Position numbers and translations under genes: made by a program. Under the pieces are notes generated by a model. That model was given only the letters and a program-made list of their open reading frames with translations, did not search any database and was not told where the DNA came from. A DNA stretch of 64,000 bases from Callorhinchus milii (Eukaryota): assembly GCF_018977255.1 (NCBI RefSeq), contig NW_024704742.1, forward strand, positions 110,486,001-110,550,000, given 5' to 3'. Shown piece after piece: positions 39,183 through 49,648 of this stretch (positions within the stretch are counted from its first letter, which is position 1; each line of letters begins with the position of its first letter).

Positions 39183-39220
39183 TGAGTCAACATTTCAGGT
39201 CCACGACCCTTCGTCAGAAC
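39183..39220 (-). ncRNA. Minimal hammerhead-ribozyme-like motif, fragment of the Penelope-like repeat
   Basis: Minus strand reads gtt-CTGACGA-a-gggtc-gtg-gacct-GAAA-tg-TT-gact. Confidence 0.5.
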
Positions 39221-39733
39221 GACTTGTAGACTTTTTAGACCGCTTGTAGACAGCGGTTTTAATTCGTTGCTTATACATGCATTGCTCATGACTTTTGTGG
39301 TCTGTCATTTTGGAATTAAAAATTGCGTTCTAGATCGAGAACATCACATTTCTATTTGGTGGTTTCTAGTCAAAGGCGTAGAAAGTTTTGTTTCGGTACA
39401 TTGCGTCTGAAATTTAAATTAAATATTTATTCTCTTTTGGAGAAGATTAACGCTATAGTACTCCAGTTTTGGTTCAAGAATGAATAGAATCGTATTTTAG
39501 CAAAGAAAGAATCATCATGTCTGTATTGTTCTTCCTCGCTATCTACAGGAGCTGTTCCAGCTATCAACTGGAGCTATTTGTTTGTTCTTGCCCCATACAC
39601 TTAGATTTTTATCCGAGGGCCATAACCCCCATTTAAATGATTTCATTGAATCTACCTTCCATACTCATTTGGTACCTCATTATCTTACTCACTCCAGTGA
39701 AAACAGGCCAGTTTAACCCTTTCTTCATACCTT

Positions 39734-40032
39734 AGTCCTGTAGCTCAGTGGTTAGAGCACTCGCTTTGCAAGTGAGAGACCTGAGTTCAATTCCAGGCAG
39801 GGCGAAACCTTGGGCAAGTTTCCTTACTCCACACGCCTAATAATAATCCCTCCAAAACCCAAAACAATAATAAATTGGTTATTTTCAATCCATGACTGTT
39901 TGTGGGACACTGCTGCGTGCAATTGGCTGCCGCATTTGCCCACAAATATACAGTCAATTCACTTTACAGTATATTCTGTGAAGCGCTTTGGGAAGTCTAG
40001 AAGACGTGAAAAGCGCTATATCAAATGCAAGG

Positions 40033-40066
<34 letters not shown>
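39734..40066 (+). mobile_element. tRNA-SINE, full length, short form, young
   Basis: Highly similar to the 281-607 copy, with a long perfect (ATT)n tail. Confidence 0.93.
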
Positions 40067-40067
<1 letters not shown>

Positions 40068-40157
40068 AGTCTCTGAAATTCTATGTGTAATTGGATGAAT
40101 AAGAAGTATACCCTATGTTGTAATGTTATTTGGGAAAGTTACAGATAAGGTGTATAA

Positions 40158-40270
40158 AAGGCAAAATACTGCAAATTCTGAAAATCTAAAATAAAAACAG
40201 AAGTTGCTGGGAGCACTCAACAGGTCAGGCAGCATCTATGGAGAGAGGAAAGTGTGTTAATATTTCAGGT
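40158..40270 (-). mobile_element. Penelope-like repeat 3' fragment, truncated in hammerhead stem II
   Basis: gcaaaatactgca...aaaacagaagttgctgggagcactcaacaggtcaggcagcatctatggaga is the reverse of 49555-49645. Confidence 0.75.
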
Positions 40271-40839
40271 AAAATGTATTACTTTTATAAACAAAGTGAA
40301 GCAGCAAACTCCTTACTTTTCTGAATCAGATAATAAGTTCACTGTGTGGCAGGCCAAAGGGTCAGTAACTGTTAATATAAAATGAATTGCTGGCTCGGAT
40401 GCTAAACATTACAGACTCATACCATCGCCCTAATATATTTTGGACTTAAATGCTGAATAAAATGTTAATTGTAATGGGAAAATGTTGGGGTAGATCTTTG
40501 AAAAGTGATTTAAACAGCTCGTAAAAAAATTGCTAAACACGTAACTCAGTATCAATTATAAACCTGGCAATGGTTGCTAAGAAATTACATTAACTCCAGA
40601 AAAGTTAAGCTTTCATGGTCTCAATTATGTCAATTATGTAATATCAAAATGAGGCATAATGACCCTCAACTGTAATAAAACTTTCCCTTCCCAAACTTCA
40701 TTAGAATAGGGAGATCCGGTGCTGACAAACAGATTATTGAATAGTTTTCTCAATACACCATACAAAGTCACTGATCAAAGATTTGACAGCTTTGCCAATG
40801 AAAAGGTGAAACAACATCTGTATTAGTACAGATATTAAA

Positions 40840-41038
40840 CAATAATAATCCTTGCATTTGATAAAGCTCCTTATCACATCTTCTAAACGTCTCAAAGCGC
40901 TTCACAGAATAGACTGTAAAGTGAATTGACTATATTTGTGGGTGAAATGCTGCAGCCAATTGCACACAGCAGTGTCCCACAAACATTCGTGGGTTGAAAT
41001 GACCAATTTATTATTGTCTTTTTTTGAGGGATTATTAT
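40840..41038 (-). mobile_element. tRNA-SINE 3' half
   Basis: aataataatccttgcatttgat...gaccaatttattattg. Confidence 0.87.
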
Positions 41039-41497
41039 CTCTCCCTGTACACTCTCCCCAATAGCTCAGCACAAATTCTCATCTTTATTTCACATTTGGT
41101 TTATTTATAGCCCTCAATACTACATTTTGTAGTTGAGAAACTTACGTGAAGGGCTAAAACAACAATGAAAAGAGTAGAAAGGATGACCAGAAATATTAAT
41201 AAGTCACATTTAAGATTCATTTCAAGTGATATATTTGTAACACAGACTTACGCGAGTTTTACTGTACAACTGAAAAAAGTGCCTTCAGCAAAATACTTTT
41301 AAACCTCACATGATAGGACCACAGTCGTTCAAAATTATGAGAAAGTTTACTTAAGATAAACTGGGAGAGACCACTTCCACTGGTCCTTGGTATGAAGGGA
41401 AACTGGAAACAAGGTATCATCACAGCATACAAATCACAGACAATTGTGTCAAGCAGCATAACCATGTTATCTGTCCCAGGAAATGCGTTCTGAACAA

Positions 41498-41717
41498 AAA
41501 GAGTTAGGAGAGAATTTTTGCACAGAGGGTTATAGGACATTGAATGTCCTACCAAAACAAAACAGAGATTCAAGCAAAATCCAAGATAGCTTTTGAAAAG
41601 GAAAACGATGCAACGGGCATGTGTCATGTAAGTAAAATCTAGCAACTATTATAGAGTCTGCACAGAAACAATGGGCTGAATGGCCTCCCATGTTGTGTCC
41701 CCAAAATCTATGTTTTA
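41498..41717 (+). mobile_element. CR1 LINE 3' end
   Basis: gttaggagagaatttttgcacagagggt...atgggctgaatggcctcc. Confidence 0.7.
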
Positions 41718-41762
41718 TGCATTTGTATGCAATTTACACCGGATTAATATTCTGTTTTGTTC

Positions 41763-42197
41763 AGTCTGGCTCAGTTCGTAGCACTCTTGTCTCTGAGTCA
41801 GAAGATTATGAGCTCAAGCTCTCCATTGGGACTTTGAACTCACACAGTCAAGGTTAGGTGAGTGCTGCATTTGGGTTTGCTTCATTGTCAGAAATGCCAT
41901 CCTTTAGCTGAGATGTACAATCAATGTCCTGTCTGCTCGTTCAGGTGAATATTAAAGATCCCATGGTACGATTCAAAAAAGAGAAGGGAGTTTCTCCCAC
42001 TGTTTCTCCCAAGAATTTCCCTGATAAAATTGGTTGTTCAATTCCTGGCTGTTTGTGGGACATTGCTGTGCACACATTGGCTGCTATGTTAACCTCCAAA
42101 ATAGTCATTACACTGTACAGTAAATCCTGTAAAGCAGTTGGAGGTGTGAAAAGTGCTATTTCAAATGCACAAATTAATATTATTATCATTATTATTA
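41763..42197 (+). mobile_element. Deu-domain SINE, near full length
   Basis: tRNA-like head ggctcagttcgtagcactcttgtctctgagtcagaag, Deu core aaagatcccatgg, and an L2-like tail. Confidence 0.82.
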
Positions 42198-42886
42198 TGC
42201 CAGCAATAGATTTTCAGGACTGGATAACATCTTGTCTAAGATATGGAAAGTAAGTAAGTATACAGTCCAGTGGCTGTATAAAACTGTTGTGCTCTGCGGA
42301 AAAATAAAAAAAACTGGAAACAAGGTATCATCACAGTATACAAATCACAGACAAATGTGCCAAGCAGCATAACTCTGTTATCTGTCCCAGGAAGTGGGTA
42401 CTGAACAGAATCAAAAGATTGAACTTGTCTGGGATTCCAGCAGGGAAGTCAGGTACAGATCAAATCATTTGTCTGTAACAGCTGATAGAGAAATGCCTGG
42501 AGTATTAGATATCATCACTGTCATGTTCTGTTTACTATAAAGCTGCATTTGACCATCTTTGTGAATACCTCTGGAGCAGTAAAGGATGCCACAGAGGACC
42601 ATAAATATTATCAGGAATATTAATGCCGAATTTGTTGTCTCAGAGCAGCAAGAGTAGAATCAGATGCATTTTACACAGGGGCAGGGCACTGAATACATCA
42701 AATCAACCTTCTGATCAACACTTTACAGACACAATGCCTGTGACGTTCCCTGGATCGACAAAGTATTTTCATGGAGAGAAAGAAAAGCAGCAACATCATA
42801 AATATAGAAGGTCTGAGCTGGACTTCGCTGACACTGAAGGAAAGACAGGGAGAAAATTGATGGCAGCCAGCAAAAAACAAAAGCAA

Positions 42887-43051
42887 GTGAAAGAATTCAT
42901 TTGTAGGTTTGGAGACCCAGTCCATAGTGTCCAAGGGATGATTTTGAGGCAGCTGTCTTCCAGAAAGTGTGCAGCATACGCAGAATTGAGAAGACCTTGA
43001 CAGCTCTCCTCGTGTCATCTATCTGATGGCATGGTTAAGCGTTTCAACTAA
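42887..43051 (+). mobile_element. Ty3/Gypsy LTR-retrotransposon integrase fossil
   Basis: Across frameshifts it reads VKEFICRFGDPVHSVQG / DFEAAVFQKVCSIRRIEKT / SDGMVKRFN*, matching the integrase core pattern RFG-P...HSDQG..FE...C....KT...SDGMVERFN. Confidence 0.7.
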
Positions 43052-43299
43052 GCTGCGAGAGACAAGTATTGGGGAAGAATAGGAGGAAGATTTCCTGAAA
43101 GACTTCAGGCTGGAGTTACTGAATCCAAATCGGCAATTATACAACAAAGTTACTGGCTTTTGTTTTGTATACAAATCTGAATACAACCTGCGATGTTACA
43201 ATTCTTTTGAGGAAATATAGTTGCAGATTTCCAGTGTTGTTACTTTTTTATTCCTATTGACAACAAACAGCTGTTTTCATGGAAACTTTTCTAATCTTC

Positions 43300-44230
43300 A
43301 TAGAATTATAGAAATCACAGCCTTTGAATGTTTATTCAATTCCTTTCGATATGTTTGTTATTATCTCAGCCTTATTGGGATCTAATTTGTGAGATTCACA
43401 AACGGATTTGTAAGAAGTGAGTCTGGATGCATTGTAGTCGGAAACTCATTGAGGTCAATCCCAGCTTCAACTTCCATCAAGTCAGAGTCTCAATGTTGAA
43501 AATGACATATCCAATATTCATAATTGCTTTTGCAAATCTTGTATATTAGACCAATAATTACTTGTGGCAAAGCATTCCATATTCCAACAAGTTTCTGAAT
43601 GAAAAAGCTTCAATTAATTTTTTCACTTGTCTCTTTCAGTAAAAATCCTAAATATATGCCCCTTCTTAACTATTTGTCTACCACTTGTACTATTTATCCT
43701 CTCAAAACCTTTTAGAATTTTGAAAATCTCTATTAGATCCATTCTTAAGCTCTCTTGACTCTCTACCCCCTCCTCGCTCCCTCCCTTCCCTCCCTTCATC
43801 CTGACCATTTCCCCCCTGCTCGGGTCCCGACCCAACTGTCCAGCGCCTTGGGAAGTCCTCCCGACGTGAAAGGCGCTCTATAAATGCAATCTTGTTATTG
43901 TTGTTGTTAACCTTCACTGTTTCAATGAAAACAAACCCAATCTTTGGAGCCTATCCTCTGAACTATAACTTCTCATTCCCAGAACCATCCATGTGAACCT
44001 ATACTAAAATATTTACGTTTATATAACACCTTTCACATTAGGAGAATGTCTCAAACCTACACTGTACCTTACCATAATTCTGATGTCCTTTTGGAATGTG
44101 AATGTCCAGAAATGCAATCATTACTTGAGCTGTAGCTTAACCAATCTTTGCATAAATTTAACATTGCTTTCTTACTTTTGAATTCCATGCCTCGAGATAT
44201 AAAATATACAATACCATTGAAGTTTTATGG
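43300..44230 (-). mobile_element. Decayed CR1 LINE 3' region
   Basis: Minus-strand peptide DLIEIFKILKGFERI...KGHIFRI. Confidence 0.65.
43760..43908 (+). mobile_element. L2 3' tail nested in CR1
   Basis: cagcgccttgggaagtcctcccgacgtgaaaggcgctctataaatgcaa followed by (TTG)n. Confidence 0.88.
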
Positions 44231-44747
44231 CTTTTCTACCTTGAGCATAGGTCTGATCTCATTTACTACTGCTTTCCATTTTTAAAAGTCTCTGTGTTAA
44301 TTGTTGTTTTTTACTCTGCTCTGGTGTAGTTAAGAATATGTTTTAAGAATATTTCCTATCCAAGTGATAATTGTCACATCACAAATTACATTTCCCCCCT
44401 CCTTCAACTTCAAACACTTTTTGCTCCAATTGGTAATCTGAGAAGGCATATCTTCACAATGTAAATCTTGTTCATTCAATGTATTGCAGATATAGAATTA
44501 TATCTGTCAAAATATTGAGCTATGTGATCTCAAAGCAAACTGTGTTGCAGCCCAGCTGCTGAGACCATTTTGAGGAGGTGGTTTAAGAAACACATTGATT
44601 ATCCTACACAGTATAAATTGCAGCAGCTGTGAATCAATCCTGGTTCCACTTCCCAATGGGACCTTAGACCATCTTGAGTGGTTCAATGAATGGAACATTT
44701 TTTTAATGTTGTTGAGGACTTAGTTGTACAAACAACTCTTTAATAAA

Positions 44748-45357
44748 CCTGGCTCAGTTGATAGCACTCTCGCCTTGGTATCATTCTGGTGCAGTATATT
44801 AATGGACGTGCCATCCTTCAAATGAAATGTTATATGAAACATTATACCTACTCCCGTCTATCTGTTCAGATGGATTTTAAAGATCCCATGACACTATTAA
44901 AAGGAAGTGTCCTTGCAAACAATCCCCCAGATTAAAAAAAAATTGGCAGTGATCACTTCATGTCTGTTTGTGGGACATTGCTGTAGGCATATCTACTGAC
45001 GTAATCCTTGACCTTTGTTTTGCATCATGAACACCTCTTTAACTCATCATCCCCTGCCTTCTACCCCATTTTCTCCTTTGTCTTCTTTACCTTGCCTCAA
45101 CCTCTCTGTTACCCCTTAAACGGCTCTCGCTCCCAACGTGCCCCAGTTCTGATGAAGGGTCATGGACCCAAAATGTTGAATCACTTTCCTTTCTCCATAG
45201 ATGCTGCCTGACCTGCTGAGTGTTCCAAGCGACTTCTGTTTTTGTTTCCATATTTACTGCCTCTGTTTGTCAGCAAGCTTTGCAGAAAATCTTTGTGAAA
45301 CACTTTGAGATGTTTTGAGGTTAAAGTGCTCTATCAAATGTAAAAATTATTATTGTT
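44748..45357 (+). mobile_element. Deu-domain SINE interrupted by a Penelope-like insertion
   Basis: Head ggctcagttgatagcactctcgcct and core aaagatcccatgacact; the tail resumes after 45259. Confidence 0.75.
44999..45248 (+). mobile_element. Penelope-like non-autonomous repeat of 250 bp, with a degenerate hammerhead motif and an 11-bp TSD
   Basis: CTGATGA at 45149-45155, stem gggtc/gaccc, and GAAA mutated to AAAA. Flanked by catatctactg (44988-44998) and catatttactg (45249-45259). Confidence 0.75.
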
Positions 45358-45535
45358 ATAACATAAAAAACCTAACACCCAATATCAGAGTTCTACAGTG
45401 CTCTTAGTTATCATGTGTAGAATTCTTTTCAGTGTTCAACCATTGAGACCAGGACAGAAAGTACAAGTCTAGCTTACAAAGTAACATTGGCACCAGCAAA
45501 AATCAGGACATAAAAAAACTCCTCATGTGGTCATA

Positions 45536-45958
45536 TACAACAACAACAACTTGGATTTATATAGCGCCCTCCACGCTGGACGGTGTCTCAGAGCGCTTCA
45601 TAGTAACGGATCCCGGGCCTGAGACAGGGGGAAGTGGAGGAAGGTGACCAAAGGCGCGGTCGAAAAGAAAGGTCTTCAGCAGAGACCTGAAAATAGGAAG
45701 AGAGGGGGCGAGGCGAAGGGAGTGAGGAAGGGAGTTCCAGAGCCTCGAGGAGTAGTGGCTGAAGGCACGGCTGCCGAGGGTGGAGCAGAGGACTCGGGGG
45801 ACAAGGAGGAGGCCAGACCCGGTGGAACGAAGGCAACGGGCACTGTTGTGAGAAGCGAGGAGGTCAGAGGGGGGTGCAGAGGAGTGGAGGGATTTGAAGA
45901 CAAGGGTGAGGATCTTGAAGTCGATCCTCTCTGGGACAGGTAGCCAGTGCAGTCTGGC
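45536..45958 (-). mobile_element. L2 LINE 3' fragment, young
   Basis: RLHWLPVPERIDFKILTLVFKSLH...LWNSLP...FRSLLKTFLFDRAF, followed by the tail. Confidence 0.93.
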
Positions 45959-46145
45959 AATAATACAGTTAATTAAATCAAAGAAGACTAAAAGCACTAA
46001 ATGTTATTGTGCAGTCACATATATTAAAATACATCTATTTATCTGAATGGCTTTGCTTTAGTAAAACCTATGACAGGACATCCAGTTGGAATAATAAAGA
46101 GAGAAAATTATATATAAAAGAATAACTTCAATGATTTAACCTGCT

Positions 46146-46245
46146 ACAACAACAACAACAACAAGATTTCATTTATAGAGCGCCTTTCACGTCGGGAGGA
46201 CGTTCCAAGGCGCTGGACTGTTGGGTCAGGACCCAAACAGGGGGG
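46146..46245 (-). mobile_element. L2 3' tail
   Basis: (CAA)n...agcgcctttcacgtcgggaggacgttccaaggcgct. Confidence 0.85.
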
Positions 46246-46989
46246 AAATGCTACCCAATGAAATTCAACCAACACAACCAAACACACACAGCCCAAGGTC
46301 TTGAGGTCAGATTGACTGAATTCATGGAATGTGGAGGATAAGTTTATTTGAGGAATGAAGACCACTGGACCTTAGATTGAATAATTACTGTGCTTCTTTG
46401 TTTGTTATTTTTCACATACTGTACTAGGGCGAACGCTCCCTACGGAGGAGGAGGAACCTCCTGCAAAGAAAGCAGGACAGAGCTCAGCAAATCTCTGCCA
46501 AACTGCACGTCTCTTCACATTCTAATCCAGTGAGCAACTTCAAGAAAAGTGTGAGGCTTCTTACATTTCAAACATCATGTGAAACTGTGGGGTGTGATCC
46601 TTCTTAACAGATTCAATGTGCAAATTATCATGTTGAATCTGTTGAGAAATATCGTGTTTTTAACATTTAAAACAGTTCACATTATAGAGGCAACAATTCA
46701 GTAGAAAAATCCCTTAACTTTGTTCAGAGTATTTTTCTTCTCCAGCAAGTGACAAGGAACAGGCAGGATTCTATTCATGAGCCATTCCCTGCTTTATGCT
46801 GTTTGTACAGTCAGGATCACACAGTATAAAAAGTGACAAGACTTCCTGTTGGCCTCAAAATAAGAGATCTCATCTAACAACCACTTGATGGACATATACT
46901 CCTGCTTAGTTGAGGCAAAGTAATAGCCCAGCAGATAAAAGCAGTGCAGTACTAATCCTTACAGACCAAGTGGCTGTATGTCTGAATCA

Positions 46990-47480
46990 CAACTAGTTGC
47001 TTCTTGAATTAATTTATACTGTCTGCTTCAGCGGCCTCACTGGTAACTTATTCTACAACTCTATTAGCCATTGTGTAAAAAAGTTTCGCCTGAGTTCCCT
47101 TCTTGCTCCTAACTTCTTAATTTTTAACTTGTGTCTCCTATGTTTTGAGCTGTTCACCATAGTGAACAATTTGCCTCGATTACATTTGACAATTCTTGAA
47201 TATTTGTCGCTTTCAGGAAATGTATGCCTTCAAAATGCATAGTCACTTCACTTTACAGTAAAATCCTGTGAAGGGTTTGAGACATGAGCCCCCATGTAAA
47301 AAACATAATATCAAATGTAAGGATTATTATTATATAAATTTGAAACCTTCAATTAGGTCATTGAAGTCTCCTCTTTTACAAAAAAACTTTAGCTTCTTTA
47401 TCTTTTATTCATAACGTGAATTCCTGATACCTGGAAGTATCTTGGCTGCTCACTTCATTGCTCTCTCAAGCCAATAATAA
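46990..47480 (-). mobile_element. Decayed CR1 fragment with a nested plus-strand SINE tail (about 47205-47333)
   Basis: tgtgtaaaaaagtttcgcctga (RRNFFTQ on the minus strand); SINE tail gtcacttcactttacagta...aaggattattatt. Confidence 0.55.
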
Positions 47481-49252
47481 TATGCTATTCAGAATTAGGT
47501 GATTTCCTCTAGTTATGCTTTCAGAAGTAATAACTAAATTAGGTTACAATCTATTTGATTTTGTTCACTTGGTTTTGCAGAAGGTGCTTTAAATGTTCCT
47601 TGTGCAAAAGGCTTTTTAATCAATGTTCTTCCCTCCTCCTTGGAAAGTTCAGACGTTTGTGTATGTTTATACAGATACAAGGCATCATGCAGGGGTTGGG
47701 GGGGGAGGGGGGGGGTTAAGGGTGAGGATGAGTAGGGCATCATAGTTTGCAAGATTTGTATGGTCTCAATGAGGCCAATTAATGGGCAGCTTAGTATGGG
47801 TAGCATCACCATATTTCAGACAGGGAGGAAAAAGAAACTAACAAGATCAGTCTTCAATTGTCCCCTTCCTACAAAAGCAACATATTCTATTAACTGATTC
47901 AACAGTATGTGGGGCACAAGAGGAACCATCTCACTCTCCAGATAGACAGAGACAGCAGTGAGAAGCAAATGTGTTGGAGACAAAAAAAATCAATGAATAC
48001 ATGTGTTCAAATCCTTTTTGTATTCGCAGCACTAACCATCATTTCTGCAAGAACAACTAAAAACAAAATTAGCAACTAAATACAAGAAATGTATTGGACA
48101 GGAAGCACTATTTAACAGGGGATTGGCATTGGCGCTTATATTAACATTACTATTCTGGGTAATATGCCTCAGAATAATTCATTATGTTGTTTATCATCGG
48201 CTGATCACAAAACACAACACAGGCATTTAGTGTGCTACCGTTGAAAGAATGTCTTTCAATAAGCAACGCAGATTAATATTGATCATTTGTCACATTTGCA
48301 ATATACATGTTATTACTTTCCCAAATAAATATGTCAAACAGTGTGTTACTTTGGGACGAAATAAACTGTAAAGGTTCCATATATGTAAATAACACAATAT
48401 TAAGTGAATTAAACTTATGCTACTTGTTTAGAAAACATCACTCTCTTGAAAGAGAGGAGGACAAATATTAAAATAAATTTAGACTTTACATTAAAATGAT
48501 CTGAAATTCTGATTCTAAAAATCTGAATCCAGGGTTCGAGGCTGGTATAAGAGCAGGGGAACATTCTAACAAGACTATACTGTCAAGGATCAGATAGATA
48601 TACCTATCTATCATTACATTGCTAGGTTCCTCACCAATCCTGCTCTGGACTGCTGGATCAAGTCACTCACAGACAGATCAGCACTAGACCGCTTGGATCA
48701 GGAGCTGGAGTTCAGTCACACATACATTCAACCACGAGACCGCCTGGGATCTGACGTTTCTCTCTGCCTAATTGCCAGAGATCAGATGCTACCTCCTCAC
48801 ACTAAAATGTCATGGGAAAAACATGTCACAAGAAATTACCATCATTCAAACAAAATCTCTGCCTACCTCTTGCGGAATTGAAGTATTATATTCACTGAAT
48901 CACTTTGGACCAAAATATTACGTCTTTCACAAATAAATAATTGATCAGTAACACCATTCTTGTCAATTTAGCTCTATACAGCAGATCTCAAGTGTAGCTT
49001 TACGACAATAAAGCAGCTGTATTAGCTTTCCCTTATCCTAGACCACCTATTTGAACTCAGAGTGACAGTAGTCATTTTAGAAGGGAAATCTCATTATAAA
49101 GACGTAATGACTGGTTTTAGCTCTCAGAATATGATAGGTCTTGAAGGGTAAATAGTATTATTGGCTGAGAAAACCATTGCAATTGTCGCTTGATATGTAC
49201 CAGTCACAGAGTTTTCTGAGCACCGGTTCTCCAAACAATCTGATCTGTACTG

Positions 49253-49460
49253 AGAACACTCAACAGCATCTATGGAGAAAGGAAAGTGAGTCAACATTTC
49301 GGGTCCTTGACCCTTCGTCAAAACTGGGGCATGTTGGGAGGGAGAGGCTTGTAAGGCCTAACAGAGAGGGGGAGGCATGGCAAGGAAGTCAAGGCTGAAA
49401 ATGGGGTAGAGGACAGGGGATGACGGGTTAAAGAGGTGTTAATAATGGAAAACAAAGGGG
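49253..49460 (-). mobile_element. Penelope-like repeat, left arm of an inverted pair, with a variant hammerhead core
   Basis: Homologous to 45012-45225. The minus strand reads agtt-tTGACGA-a-gggtc-aag-gaccc-GAAA-tg-TT-gact. Confidence 0.75.
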
Positions 49461-49466
49461 GGGATA

Positions 49467-49648
49467 CCCCTCTCTATTACCCCTTAAAAGCCTCTCCCTC
49501 CCAACATCCCCCAGTTCTGATGAAGGATCGTGGTCCTGAAACGTTGACTCATTTTTCCTTCTCCATAGATGCTGCCTGAACTGCTAAGTGTTCCCAACGA
49601 CTTCTGTTTTTGTTTCAGATTTCCAGCATCTGCAGTATTTTGCGTTTT
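49467..49648 (+). mobile_element. Penelope-like repeat, right arm of an inverted pair
   Basis: Contains the intact hammerhead core, followed by gatgctgcctgaactgct...cagatttccagcatctgcagtattttgc. Confidence 0.78.
49513..49549 (+). ncRNA. Minimal type I hammerhead ribozyme motif
   Basis: Stem I agtt/gact; CTGATGA at 49517-49523; stem II aggat-cgtg-gtcct; GAAA at 49538-49541; palindromic ACGT in place of stem III; NUH site GUU with predicted cleavage after 49545. Confidence 0.65.

Larger units (their letters stand above)
41400..42407 (+). repeat. 97-bp direct repeat pair (41400-41496 and 42311-42407)
   Basis: aaactggaaacaaggtatcatcacag...ctgaaca, with 8 mismatches by manual alignment. Confidence 0.9.
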
